Shown here piece after piece: positions 51,017-61,001 of a stretch of DNA of 64,000 nucleotides. Made by a program: the position numbers and the translations under genes. Positions within the stretch are counted from its first letter, which is position 1, and each line of letters begins with the position of its first letter. The DNA comes from a bacterium (GTDB lineage: Bacteria; Fidelibacterota; Fidelibacteria; Fidelibacterales; Fidelibacteraceae): positions 2,271,626 through 2,335,625 of the forward strand of contig OY781066.1 in the NCBI GenBank assembly GCA_963676395.1, written 5' to 3'. The notes under the pieces were generated by a model. It had not been told where the DNA came from, ran no database searches, and was given only the letters and a program-made list of their open reading frames with translations.

Positions 51017-51468
51017 TGTTAAAAAAGATGATTATTATAGGTATGCTGGCTTTTGCATGTATTTACGCTGAATCGGCGGATACAACATCCACATCGATCG
51101 GCATCTCTGATATGCAATTTTATACGATCATCCCCGCTGAAGGAGAACAAGAAGGGTTCGGTATTAAAACACTAAAGCCTTTTGCGATCATTCAACCGGA
51201 AGATAAGTGGTTTTCAAAAGATAAGTGGATGCATTTTACTACGGCTTATTTTATATCTCTTCAAAGTAATTTTACTTTAAATGAGATGTTTTATACTCGC
51301 AAGAATAATGCTCGTTATGTTTCATTGGGAATTACTCTGAGCTTATCTTTAGGGAAAGAGGTTTACGATACATTTGCGAAAGGATCATATTTTTCATGGA
51401 AAGATCTTTGCTATGATATCTTAGGAGCTGGATTAGCGTATTATACATCACAATTAATTTACGAATAG
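51016..51468 (+). CDS. YfiM/DUF2279-like exported membrane protein
   Basis: Signal peptide; DKWFSKDKWMHF, GKEVYD, FSWKDL.YD..G. Confidence 0.7.
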   Translation: MLKKMIIIGMLAFACIYAESADTTSTSIGISDMQFYTIIPAEGEQEGFGIKTLKPFAIIQPEDKWFSKDKWMHFTTAYFISLQSNFTLNEMFYTRKNNARYVSLGITLSLSLGKEVYDTFAKGSYFSWKDLCYDILGAGLAYYTSQLIYE

Positions 51469-51475
51469 GTGATAA

Positions 51476-51652
51476 ATGTTAAATGTTCTATCATATTGCG
51501 ATCAATGTGCTACCTGTGTAGCCGTTTGCCCATCTCAAGCATTACATATGGGAGAATTTCAAGTAAGAGTAAATCAAGATCTTTGCAGTCAATGTGGAAT
51601 TTGTGTGAAATTATGCCCTTTAGGGGCTTTGGAGTTGAAAGATGACGAATAA
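51476..51652 (+). CDS. 2x[4Fe-4S] ferredoxin (58 aa; missing from the ORF track)
   Basis: MLNVLSYCDQCATCVAVCPSQA...DLCSQCGICVKLCPLGALELKDDE*; AGGTGA RBS; overlaps the reductase start. Confidence 0.92.
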   Translation: MLNVLSYCDQCATCVAVCPSQALHMGEFQVRVNQDLCSQCGICVKLCPLGALELKDDE

Positions 51653-52826
51653 ATGGGATATTATTGTTGTTGGTGCGGGACCGGCAGGTCTTTTTGCCGC
51701 TCTGGAAGCGGCCAAAGCGGGGAAGAAAGTTCTTTTGATAGAGCGAAAAAGAGAGTTGGGTGTCCCGGTACGTTGTGGTGAAGCAATAGGGCACGATGAT
51801 TTCGTTAGATATTTTCCAATTGAAGAGCGTTGGATATCGTCACGTGTAAATTCATTTATCCTTGTGTTACCGAATGGAAAAGAAGTCGAATTAAAAAGTG
51901 ATCTCTATTCAGGATATATCATGAATCGTGATTTATTTGAATATGATATGGGCATTAAAGTTTCTGAGGCAGGCGCTGAAATTAAAATGAAATCCAATGT
52001 TATTGAACTGATAAAGGATGAGAATTATCACTTGAAAGGTGTAGTGGTTGAAGAGCAAGGAAATATCAATCATTACTACGCGGACATTGTTATTGCTGCC
52101 GATGGCGTAGAATCGCAGATCGCTGCCAAAATGGGAGTTAATACACAGTTAAAACCAAGTGAAATTGAACCATGTGTGCAAGCAACTGTCGCAAATGTGA
52201 ATATTAATAAAAATGCGTTGTATATTTATATTGGTTTGTGTTATGCGCCCGGTGGCTATGCCTGGGTTTTTCCTAAAGCCAATAACTGCGCCAATATCGG
52301 TTTGGGTATTAATGGCAAGAATGCAGACGGTAAAAAACACTCTATAGATTATTTGAATGATTTTCTTGCTAAGTTTTTCCCGGACGCTTCCATTCAACGC
52401 TTAGTTAGCGGTGGTGTCCCTGTTACATTGAACCTTGATCCATTAGCTATCGAGAATATGCTTATTACCGGTGATGCCGGGCATATGGTTAATCCTTCGA
52501 ACGGTGGAGGAATCACCCATGCGATAGACAGTGGTATTCAAGCCGGAAAAGCCGCCGCGCAGGCCTGCGATAACCCCCAGAAACAAGAAAAAATATTTAA
52601 TGATTATAAAAAATATATTCATAAGCATATTGGCAAGAATCACGAAAGTCTCAATCGTATCAAAGAGGCCATCTATCAGTTAAGTGATGAAGAGTATAAT
52701 ACCATTGGTGATGAAATACTCAAGCTTAATATTGAAAAGCGCACATTCATGGGCGTGTTTTCAAAAGCCATAAAGAAACAACCTTCTTTACTGGTTGATG
52801 TTGCCAGAGCATTTACGGGAATCTAG
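51642..52826 (+). CDS. Geranylgeranyl reductase family FAD oxidoreductase (DGGGPL reductase-like)
   Basis: VGAGPAG, PVRCGE, IAADG.ES, APGGYAWVFP, GDAG..VNP.NGGGI. Confidence 0.88.
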   Translation: MTNKWDIIVVGAGPAGLFAALEAAKAGKKVLLIERKRELGVPVRCGEAIGHDDFVRYFPIEERWISSRVNSFILVLPNGKEVELKSDLYSGYIMNRDLFEYDMGIKVSEAGAEIKMKSNVIELIKDENYHLKGVVVEEQGNINHYYADIVIAADGVESQIAAKMGVNTQLKPSEIEPCVQATVANVNINKNALYIYIGLCYAPGGYAWVFPKANNCANIGLGINGKNADGKKHSIDYLNDFLAKFFPDASIQRLVSGGVPVTLNLDPLAIENMLITGDAGHMVNPSNGGGITHAIDSGIQAGKAAAQACDNPQKQEKIFNDYKKYIHKHIGKNHESLNRIKEAIYQLSDEEYNTIGDEILKLNIEKRTFMGVFSKAIKKQPSLLVDVARAFTGI

Positions 52827-52958
52827 AAACAAGCTTTTACTAAGTTACGATAAATTGTAAGATGTCAGAATTGTAAAGATGTAAGATTTTGCGTTTTTAC
52901 ATTCAACAATGTCTTTGTTGTATCAAATTGTTATTGTAAATTTCCCGGTAAATTTAAA

Positions 52959-55871
52959 ATGATTATCGGAAGGGCTTATTTGACTCAACTTAAACCAGAA
53001 TTATTACAAGAGCTGCATCTGAAGACCTGTATTGCATTTGATGTGGAAACTACCGGTCTTGACCCCAAGAAAGAAGAAGTCATCCAGTTCTCTGCCGTTA
53101 AATTTGTCGACGGCAAAAAGACAGAAGAGTTAAACTATTTTTGCAATCCGAAAAAAAGTATTCCCGAGTTTATTGTAGAATTAACTCGCATTAACGATGC
53201 TATGGTTGAAAATGAACCGACTTTTTTTGAGCGTAGAGATGATATCTTGGATTTTTTCTCCGATTTTCCCCTAATTGCTCATAACGCACGCTTTGATGTA
53301 TCTTTTTTAGAAGAAAAATTCGGCACAGCTTTAAATAATCCCATTATTGATACACTTGATTTGGCTAGGATATTTTTATACTGGTTACCGGATCGCAAAC
53401 TGGAAACACTATCGGCGCATTTTGATCTTGAAACAGAGGGTGCACACCGCGCGGATGTCGATACGCGGAATACGGGTCGTTTATTTTATGAATTACTTAA
53501 GATCATGCTTCACTATGATATGAGTTTATATAATGATATCATTTTTATTACGGATCCTATGCCCAATATTCCCAACTATGAATTGTATAGGTGGGTGCAC
53601 GATTATTATCAGAAAAGCGGTAGAACCGATAAGGAAAAAACCGAACCCTATCATACTGTTTCAGATAATAAGTTGGGAAACTTTAAAAGTCGCGAAAAAA
53701 CCGAAGATTCACAGATTAAAAAGATTTCAAGACAAAATATTGATAAAATCTTTGGAATGAAGGGTACGCTATCAAATTCATTGCCAGGTTACGAAATAAG
53801 ACTTGGACAAATGAAACTTGCCGGTGATATTGTTGAAGCTTTTAACGAAGGCGAGATTCTGGTAGCCGAAGCCGGAACGGGGGTCGGTAAATCATTGGCA
53901 TATTTAATTCCTGCTATTCGTTGGATGAATAAGAACCGTCATGATGGCATGTCTATTGTGGTGTCATCTTATACTAAAACATTGCAAGAACAGTTATTCT
54001 TTAAAGATATTCCTTTTATCCATCAGTATATTGATAAAGATTTCACTGTAGTGATGTTGAAAGGTAGACAGAATTATATTTGCCTGACCAAATGGCATGC
54101 GCTGTTAAAGAACTTGGATAATGCTGTATCTTTGTTTGATAGAATACATTTACTTCCCTTGCTTGTTTGGTTGAGAGAAACTAAAACAGGGGATATTGAA
54201 GAAAACAGTGGATTCCAAATAAAGCGTGTACCTCATGTATGGACCAAATTGTATTCGGAAAGCGGATATTGTACCACAAAGAAATGTGCACATCACGGAG
54301 GGTGTTATTTAGGGAAGATCAGGAAACTGGCACATCACGCAGATGTGATCATTGTTAATCATTCATTACTATTGTCAGATGCCGCTTCCGATCATGCTAT
54401 CTTACCCGAACATCCGATATGCGTGATCGATGAGGCTCACAATTTGATCCGATCCGCCTATCAATATCTTGGTATGGAGATTTCCCCATGGCGTATCGAA
54501 AGAGCCTTGCATAAGCTTTTTACACCAGGACGCCTCAGAGTAGGCGCTTTAGTGAATTTGAGCAGACAAGTAGGCAAGGGGGATGACTGGGATAAAGAAC
54601 ATGCAGATATGCTTATACAGCGTATTTCACAGTGTGAGGAAGATGTTGCAGAAATGCTGAAGCGCTCAACTGCCTTCTATAAAGCATTTCTTGCCTATGT
54701 GAATACAGAAGTCAGAAAGGCTGAACAGCGATATATTCAAAAGGTACGCTATAAAGCCGATTCCAGTCCTTTTGAAAACATGGAAGAGTGCCAAGAATTG
54801 ATGGATGCGGCGGTAAAGGTTGACCGTTCTTTGGCTCTTTTAGAGCGTGAGATCAAGGCACTTAACGCTAAAGAAAAAGCTTCCATTTCTGAAATCTCAG
54901 ATGATCTTGATATAGCTGTAAATGTTTTTGGTGAACTTCAGGCGGAAATGCGAACATGTTTTTATCCTGATACGGACGATCTAATCTATTGGTATGAGCT
55001 CCCAACGGACAGTGATTCAATTTTTATGCCGGTTAAAGCATCACCCTTACATGTAAATGAACAATTATTTGAAAAGGTATTTAGTGATAAAATGGCGGTA
55101 GTTGCTACATCGGCTACCTTGACTATTGCCGATCGTTTTAAGTATTTTATGAAACGCAGTGGTCTTGATATGATGGATCCCGATAGAATAAAAACCTGTA
55201 TTTATGAATCACCGTTTGACTACAATGAGCAATGTGAAATCTGGAATGTGACACATTTGGGACAGCCCGGAAATAAACAATTTGATGAAAATGTTGCAGA
55301 ATTGGTTGGTGATCTATCTGCCCAGCATGGTTTAGGAACTTTGGTTTTGACGACTTCCTATGCTTCTATCAAGAATATGCGGGGTGTTCTTGAACCGATT
55401 GCTCAGCGAAATAATTTTCAAGTCATCTCGCAAATGGGTTCTGCGTCGAGAACGGCTTTGTTAAAGCGCTTTATAAGTGATACACATTCAGTTTTGATTG
55501 GTACCGAATCTTTTTGGGAAGGTGTTGATATACCCGGTGAGCCCTTAGAGCTACTGGTTATGACAAAATTACCTTTTGCCGTACCGACAGAACCCGTCAT
55601 ACAGGCAATTACAGAGGATATTGAGAAGCAAGGAGGTAACCCCTTTATGGAATACAGTATTCCCGAAGCTATCTTAAAATTCAAGCAGGGTTTTGGTCGC
55701 TTAATCCGTTCAAAGGAAGATAAAGGGATTGCACTAATTATGGATAATCGACTGAGTTACAAGCGTTACGGCCAATACTTTCAGCAGTCAATTCCGGCCA
55801 CCATGCGTTTTGTTAAGAGTGGTGATGAATTAAAGCAAAACATTAAACGATGGGTAAAATTCAACAAATAA
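52959..55871 (+). CDS. dinG: DnaQ-like 3'-5' exonuclease fused to a DinG helicase
   Basis: DVETTG, AHNARFD, HRADVD; EAGTGVGKS, KGRQNYIC, DEAH, SATL, FWEGVD, QGFGRLIR. Confidence 0.92.
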   Translation: MIIGRAYLTQLKPELLQELHLKTCIAFDVETTGLDPKKEEVIQFSAVKFVDGKKTEELNYFCNPKKSIPEFIVELTRINDAMVENEPTFFERRDDILDFFSDFPLIAHNARFDVSFLEEKFGTALNNPIIDTLDLARIFLYWLPDRKLETLSAHFDLETEGAHRADVDTRNTGRLFYELLKIMLHYDMSLYNDIIFITDPMPNIPNYELYRWVHDYYQKSGRTDKEKTEPYHTVSDNKLGNFKSREKTEDSQIKKISRQNIDKIFGMKGTLSNSLPGYEIRLGQMKLAGDIVEAFNEGEILVAEAGTGVGKSLAYLIPAIRWMNKNRHDGMSIVVSSYTKTLQEQLFFKDIPFIHQYIDKDFTVVMLKGRQNYICLTKWHALLKNLDNAVSLFDRIHLLPLLVWLRETKTGDIEENSGFQIKRVPHVWTKLYSESGYCTTKKCAHHGGCYLGKIRKLAHHADVIIVNHSLLLSDAASDHAILPEHPICVIDEAHNLIRSAYQYLGMEISPWRIERALHKLFTPGRLRVGALVNLSRQVGKGDDWDKEHADMLIQRISQCEEDVAEMLKRSTAFYKAFLAYVNTEVRKAEQRYIQKVRYKADSSPFENMEECQELMDAAVKVDRSLALLEREIKALNAKEKASISEISDDLDIAVNVFGELQAEMRTCFYPDTDDLIYWYELPTDSDSIFMPVKASPLHVNEQLFEKVFSDKMAVVATSATLTIADRFKYFMKRSGLDMMDPDRIKTCIYESPFDYNEQCEIWNVTHLGQPGNKQFDENVAELVGDLSAQHGLGTLVLTTSYASIKNMRGVLEPIAQRNNFQVISQMGSASRTALLKRFISDTHSVLIGTESFWEGVDIPGEPLELLVMTKLPFAVPTEPVIQAITEDIEKQGGNPFMEYSIPEAILKFKQGFGRLIRSKEDKGIALIMDNRLSYKRYGQYFQQSIPATMRFVKSGDELKQNIKRWVKFNK

Positions 55872-56419
55872 TGACGACTGAGCAAAAAAAAGAATTGTTG
55901 GCATTTGTACGTCAGTACTACGAGCACAAATTATTAAAACAGGAAAAACCGGTACTTGAACCAGATCCTGGTTATGATAAAGATTTGGGTCTTTTTGTTA
56001 CCTTGCATTACCAGCGCGAATTACGTGGCTGTATCGGCTATATTCAAGCCTATAAGCCTATGCGTAGTGCTTTGGAAGAAATGGCTCATGCGGCGGCGTT
56101 TGAAGATAATCGCTTTTCCCCACTAGATGAAGCGGAACTTGAACATATTAAGATTGAAATCTCTATATTATCCGAGTTAATGAAGCTTGATAAATGGCAA
56201 GATATTATGATTGGTACTGATGGGATACTATTGAAACAGGGAACGAACCAAGCTGTTTTTCTTCCTCAAGTTGCTGTTGAACAAAACTGGGATCTTGAAA
56301 CTACGCTTAAGCATCTATGTCGTAAAGCCGGCCTCAGGCCGAATGCTTACACTGATCCTCAAACAAGTTTTGAGGTATTTACTGCAGAAGTGTTTTCTGA
56401 GAATGAACTTCTTGATTAA
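55871..56419 (+). CDS. AMMECR1 / AmmeMemoRadiSam system protein A
   Basis: FVTL...ELRGCIG, AAFEDNRF, EISILS, FLPQVA.EQ.W, LCRKAGL. Confidence 0.92.
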   Translation: MTTEQKKELLAFVRQYYEHKLLKQEKPVLEPDPGYDKDLGLFVTLHYQRELRGCIGYIQAYKPMRSALEEMAHAAAFEDNRFSPLDEAELEHIKIEISILSELMKLDKWQDIMIGTDGILLKQGTNQAVFLPQVAVEQNWDLETTLKHLCRKAGLRPNAYTDPQTSFEVFTAEVFSENELLD

Positions 56420-56509
56420 GAATCTTTAAACTAATTTTAATAAAAATAATATTTTAAATAGCCTTTTATCATTATAAATTCTTTAATTAAGAAAAAATAG
56501 GAATGTGAT

Positions 56510-57895
56510 ATGAAGAAGATCTTGTATTCAGTATTAGCCTTAGCTTTCGCAATAAGCCTTTATTCGGCTGAACGAGCACATATTCAAGTCATATCCGAAC
56601 CGGGTATTACCATTTTTCTGAATGATATTTTTATAGGAAGTACTTCAGATGAAATGGGTGGACTAATCATTGAAGATATTGTTCCCGGTCCTGTTGCAAT
56701 TAAATCGGTCAAGCCTGGGTTTAATCCTCAGGTTAAAAATGTTGTGCTTCATCCAGGTGAAGTATATACCATGAGCTTGGAAGATTTTATTCCCAAAATA
56801 GAGATCACACAAAGCGGAAATTATGATGAAGAAGATATAGGTCTTCAGGTTGGCGCCGTTACGATCCAATCTTTACCCATTTCTATTGATATCGAAATAC
56901 CCGGGCTTAGCATCTTTGATAAAAAGATCAAGGATGAATGGAAGGCTTCGAATATTCCGGTTGGATCATATGTGATTAAATATTCCTGGCAAAATAAGAT
57001 TATGAGAGATTCAATCCACATCAGACCCGATTGGAATACCAGAACCTTTGTGAATTTTATTAAAAATACGATAGATGAAAAAGATAAGTATGTAGCACCA
57101 AAGATTCGCAAGAAATTAGATAAGTATGGGATGGTCTATGTTAAAGGTAGTATTTATCAGATAGGATCAAATTCCGGTGAAAAGGATGAGGCACCTATAC
57201 ATTCTGTTAGAGTGAATGATTTTTATATTGGCCGTTATGAAGTTACCATTAAAGAATATTTGGAATTCATGAATGAAATGAATTTATCTTCATACGGGAG
57301 TTTGGATGGTCACGAACTGATTGATGTTGAAGACCCCGATTGTCCCATTGAATACGTTGATGGAAAATTTCAATTTAGAACATCTAAATATGCTCACAGT
57401 GAATTATGCCCCATAGTAGAAGTATCATGGCAGGGAGCCGTTGAATACTGTAAATGGCTGAGTGGATACACGGGTGAGAGTTTTAGACTACCCACAGAGG
57501 CTGAATGGCAATATGCAGCTCGAGGCGGTCTGGAAACAGAGGGCTTTTTATACAGTGGTTCCGACGACATTACAGAGGTCGCCTGGTATGCTTTAAATGC
57601 CGGTAATATTTTACATGAAGTGGGAAAAAAGAAACCTAATGAGCTCGGAATATACGATATGAGTGGAAATGCATGGGAATGGTGCCATGACTGGTATAAA
57701 AAAGATTACTACCAGCATATGGGTTTTGATAATCCACAAGGACCTGGGCGAGGTTTCAGACGCGTTATTCAAGGTGGGTCAGTCAGCAATTCCGCCGACA
57801 GATGCCGTTCTACAGCACGCTATAACAGTTCTCCAGCTAGCAGAACCTGGACAAATGGTTTTAGAGTGTTGATGGAAGTTCCTGGAGATAAATAA
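56510..57895 (+). CDS. Secreted PEGA-like plus FGE-sulfatase (SUMF1) domain protein
   Basis: Signal peptide; IGRYEVT, RLPTEAEWQYAARGG, PNELGIYDMSGNAWEWC, GFR. Confidence 0.88.
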   Translation: MKKILYSVLALAFAISLYSAERAHIQVISEPGITIFLNDIFIGSTSDEMGGLIIEDIVPGPVAIKSVKPGFNPQVKNVVLHPGEVYTMSLEDFIPKIEITQSGNYDEEDIGLQVGAVTIQSLPISIDIEIPGLSIFDKKIKDEWKASNIPVGSYVIKYSWQNKIMRDSIHIRPDWNTRTFVNFIKNTIDEKDKYVAPKIRKKLDKYGMVYVKGSIYQIGSNSGEKDEAPIHSVRVNDFYIGRYEVTIKEYLEFMNEMNLSSYGSLDGHELIDVEDPDCPIEYVDGKFQFRTSKYAHSELCPIVEVSWQGAVEYCKWLSGYTGESFRLPTEAEWQYAARGGLETEGFLYSGSDDITEVAWYALNAGNILHEVGKKKPNELGIYDMSGNAWEWCHDWYKKDYYQHMGFDNPQGPGRGFRRVIQGGSVSNSADRCRSTARYNSSPASRTWTNGFRVLMEVPGDK

Positions 57896-57921
57896 ACATT
57901 TATAGTAAAAAATAAAAAATG

Positions 57922-57944
57922 AAGCGCGAGTTTTCGCGCTTTTT
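57922..57944 (+). terminator. Terminator
   Basis: AAGCGCGA-GTTT-TCGCGCTT followed by a T tract. Confidence 0.7.
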
Positions 57945-58103
57945 TATATATGACTGAATTATATACGATTGCAGGTGATAAGTTTGTGTGTTTGGCGAAA
58001 AAACATTCAGATTATAATGAGGTTTTACTTATATATTGCATGAATACCTTGACAAAGGGCTTCTATTGCCCTATATTACGCAGCCTTGAGAATAGGATAA
58101 CAT

Positions 58104-58179
58104 CGCGGAGTGGAGTCCCGATTGATTCGGGAGTAGCTCGCTGAGCTCATATCCGTCAGCTGACGGACGCAGGTTCAAG
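58104..58179 (+). pseudogene. Degenerate tRNA-fMet copy A with two palindromic replacements
   Basis: CGCGGAGTGGAG-[TCCCGATTGATTCGGGA]-GTAGCTCG..GCTCATA-[TCCGTCAGCTGACGGA]-CGCAGGTTCAAG. Confidence 0.85.
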
Positions 58180-58213
58180 ACATGTTGACAGGACACAAGG
58201 CAAAAAATGACAT

Positions 58214-58286
<73 letters not shown>

Positions 58287-58292
58287 CTAAAG

Positions 58293-58320
58293 AAACAGAG
58301 TCTCTATGAGACTCTGTTTT
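58293..58320 (+). terminator. Terminator after tRNA-fMet
   Basis: AAACAGAGTCTC-TAT-GAGACTCTGTTTT. Confidence 0.75.
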
Positions 58321-58349
58321 GATTTATAAAGAAATATTATTAAAATAAA

Positions 58350-58395
58350 TAGCTCCTTGGGCTCATATCCGTCAGCTGACGGACACAGGTTCAAG
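58350..58395 (+). repeat. Partial tRNA-fMet copy B with palindrome
   Basis: TAGCTCCTTGGGCTCATA-[TCCGTCAGCTGACGGA]-CACAGGTTCAAG. Confidence 0.85.
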
Positions 58396-58472
58396 GGTTT
58401 AATGTTTCGATTACTAAAAAATAGAGTATACTTTTACTTTGTTTTGGCTTTAGATCAAATTAAGGGACGAAT

Positions 58473-58736
58473 ATGATTTATACCGTTTATGTATTATACT
58501 CAAAAAAGTATGATAAAATTTATATCGGATATACATCAGATTTAATTAAAAGATTTTATTCTCATAATAAACTAGGTATAAAAGGGTTTACTGCTAAGTA
58601 TAGGCCTTGGGAAGTCATATATACCGAAATATTTAATATTAAAGCTGATGCGTTGAAAAGAGAAAAAGAATTAAAAACAAGCAGGGGTAGGGCATTTATT
58701 AAAGAACAGCTCCTTGGGCTCATATCCGTCAGCTGA
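58473..58736 (+). CDS. Stand-alone GIY-YIG nuclease
   Basis: YTVYVL, IYIGYTSDL..R...HN, T.KYRPW, A.KRE..LKT..GR; AGGGA RBS. Confidence 0.92.
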   Translation: MIYTVYVLYSKKYDKIYIGYTSDLIKRFYSHNKLGIKGFTAKYRPWEVIYTEIFNIKADALKREKELKTSRGRAFIKEQLLGLISVS

Positions 58737-58820
58737 CGGACACAGGTTCAAGTCCTGTCGAATTTTATTTCGATGAATATCGGGGCTACAAAGAAACAGG
58801 GTTCTTTCGAACTCTGTTTT
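58708..58820 (+). repeat. Partial tRNA-fMet copy C with palindromes, trailer and terminator; overlaps the GIY-YIG 3' end
   Basis: AGCTCCTTGGGCTCATA-[TCCGTCAGCTGACGGA]-CACAGGTTCAAGTCCTGTC-[insert]-GCTACAAAGAAACAG...CTCTGTTTT. Confidence 0.85.
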
Positions 58821-59082
58821 GTGTTTGTGCTGAAATAATTCTAAATAGCGTTATCCTAAAGTATGAAACATCGAGATCCTATGTATATCGGGCTTCTGAA
58901 CTTTATGAGTAACAGGGACGGGCAGTCTATACTTTAGTTTCAATTGACATGTTGAGACCGTTCCTTTTTAGCCTATTTTAGCATGGTTTAACCACCATAT
59001 TATCAGCTAATTAATAGTAAATCATTGTAATAAAAAGAGGCCAGATATATCTAGCCCTTATAAAATTGCTTTTGCAAATGTT

Positions 59083-59925
59083 TTATCTTACAACCACAAT
59101 CGCATTCGATACCTTTCGTTCACCTTGGTGATCGTATTTCCCGTTATCGGATGGGTAATTAACCAGACCATTATCATTCTTGCCTTTAATGTACATAGTG
59201 GTTGAACCGCCACCATCCAGATTTAAGGCTGCGCTACATCCCAGTTCATGCATAAAATCTTGAAGCTCCCACATGTTCATGCCGGCAGCCTCAGCGTGTC
59301 GTCCATCGATACTCACTAAGATCAAATGATAATCATTGCTAATGCCAATGGCTGTTCGTGGATTGCGAATTAAATTAAATCTAACGGAATCTAGGTCGCA
59401 AAGTTCATTGTTGTGAAGTAAAAGTGGCCCCGATACGATAATGTCATCATAAGCCGGGGAGTAGCCCCAATCACCATTGCGCTTAAGAATGCTAATTGTA
59501 CCACTGGTATCCATGGCATAGGCGCCTTCGTTAATGAATTCGATTTTATCATATGTTTCTTGAATAACTTTGCCGTCTTCTTGTAAAAACAAGACGGATC
59601 CACCGGTTTTTCTAAGATCGAAAAATGAGCCATTAATTGCCGCTATAGCATCATATTCTTGGGCAATGTCAGATGTAGGGATTAGTTCATCTTTTTTCCA
59701 TGCAAGTACAATATCACCGTCAAATTTGTTTAAATTTACATCTAAAATATTGATCGAAGCGGGAGCCTGATTAATGTCATTAGATTTTATAACTTTCCAT
59801 ACAACATGATCATCGATCTTTTCATTTGCATTGTACTGGATAAATTCTTTTGATGAACATGATAATAAAAGTGCGATCAAAAGAATACTTGCTACTAGGG
59901 TTTTAAGTGTTCGTATGCTTTTCAT
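59083..59925 (-). CDS. Phosphodiester glycosidase (NAGPA/DUF2233) family lipoprotein
   Basis: LLSC lipobox, AINGSFF, SGPLL, NPRTAIG, DGR, NLDGGGST. Confidence 0.88.
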   Translation of the reverse strand: MKSIRTLKTLVASILLIALLLSCSSKEFIQYNANEKIDDHVVWKVIKSNDINQAPASINILDVNLNKFDGDIVLAWKKDELIPTSDIAQEYDAIAAINGSFFDLRKTGGSVLFLQEDGKVIQETYDKIEFINEGAYAMDTSGTISILKRNGDWGYSPAYDDIIVSGPLLLHNNELCDLDSVRFNLIRNPRTAIGISNDYHLILVSIDGRHAEAAGMNMWELQDFMHELGCSAALNLDGGGSTTMYIKGKNDNGLVNYPSDNGKYDHQGERKVSNAIVVVR

Positions 59926-59940
59926 TTTCCTTCCTAAATG

Positions 59941-60789
59941 TTATTTGCCAAGAACAATTGCATTGGATACCGGGCGTTGACCGTAATGATCAAAATTTTG
60001 ATTATCAGTAGGGTAGTTTACAACACCCAGACTGTCAATAGCGTCAATATACATGGTTGTTGAACCACCGCCATCTAAGTTAAGGGCAAATTCGCAATCA
60101 AGATCTTTCATAAGCGTTGTTAACTCAGGGATAGACATACCCTTAGCTTGAGCATGGCGACCATCAACGGTTACCAGAAGTAGGTGTTTGTTTTTTGTAA
60201 GCCCAACTGCTGTACGAGGATGGCGATTTAGATTAAATGCAACCGAATCCATGGGGTAATTTTCACCATTATAGATCATCAGCGGGCCTGATGAGAGAAT
60301 ATAATTATATTCGGGATCTTCTTCCCAGTCAGTTTGAGGCCGTTCTAAAATGGCAAGATTTCCTAGCGTATCCTCCGCAAAAGCTCCGTTATGGGAGAAG
60401 ATGACACCTGATTTATTGCCGGCTACTTGTTTCCCCTCAGCTTGCAAGAAAACCCAAGCACCACCGACTGACATGTCAAAAAAGGAGCCATTCACGGCAG
60501 CAAATGCATCATATTCTTTGGCTATCTCAGAAGTAATAAGTAAATCACTCTCATACCAAGCTAGGTCAATATCACCTTTGTATTTTTTCAAATTTACATC
60601 TAAAATATTTATGGAAGAGGGGAACCCATATAGATCTTCATTTAACAAAGAGGTCCAAATAACACCGGATTCTATTTCCGTTTTAGTTTCGCTTTCAGAT
60701 AGAAGCGGTTTAGTACAAGATGTGAACGAGAAGAGAAGGATTAAGCTAAGAATTAGGAATCGAGTTGAAAGAAATTTTCGTGCATTCAT
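59941..60789 (-). CDS. Phosphodiester glycosidase (NAGPA/DUF2233) family lipoprotein, tandem paralog
   Basis: FTSC lipobox, AVNGSFF, HPRTAVG, VDGR, NLDGGGST. Confidence 0.88.
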   Translation of the reverse strand: MNARKFLSTRFLILSLILLFSFTSCTKPLLSESETKTEIESGVIWTSLLNEDLYGFPSSINILDVNLKKYKGDIDLAWYESDLLITSEIAKEYDAFAAVNGSFFDMSVGGAWVFLQAEGKQVAGNKSGVIFSHNGAFAEDTLGNLAILERPQTDWEEDPEYNYILSSGPLMIYNGENYPMDSVAFNLNRHPRTAVGLTKNKHLLLVTVDGRHAQAKGMSIPELTTLMKDLDCEFALNLDGGGSTTMYIDAIDSLGVVNYPTDNQNFDHYGQRPVSNAIVLGK

Positions 60790-61001
60790 GATTAGTCCTT
60801 TATTTTTTCGTGATAATTTACATGAAGTAAGAACAAACACGAAACAATTTCTTATTAGATTGTAAGACGCGATCTCTTGTATTGAGAAGATGAGAGATTG
60901 TTATATCAGAGCTTGTTTTTGGAGTGCTCAGTGCTATTCCACTTGTAATTAAGAGCCTTATTCTTTATTTTAGCGGGTTAAATTATGATAATGGAGTAAG
61001 T

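Noticed and set aside
56510..57895. FGE-sulfatase protein as a DGR target
   Set aside because: No template repeat of its 3' end and no RT gene were seen in the window.
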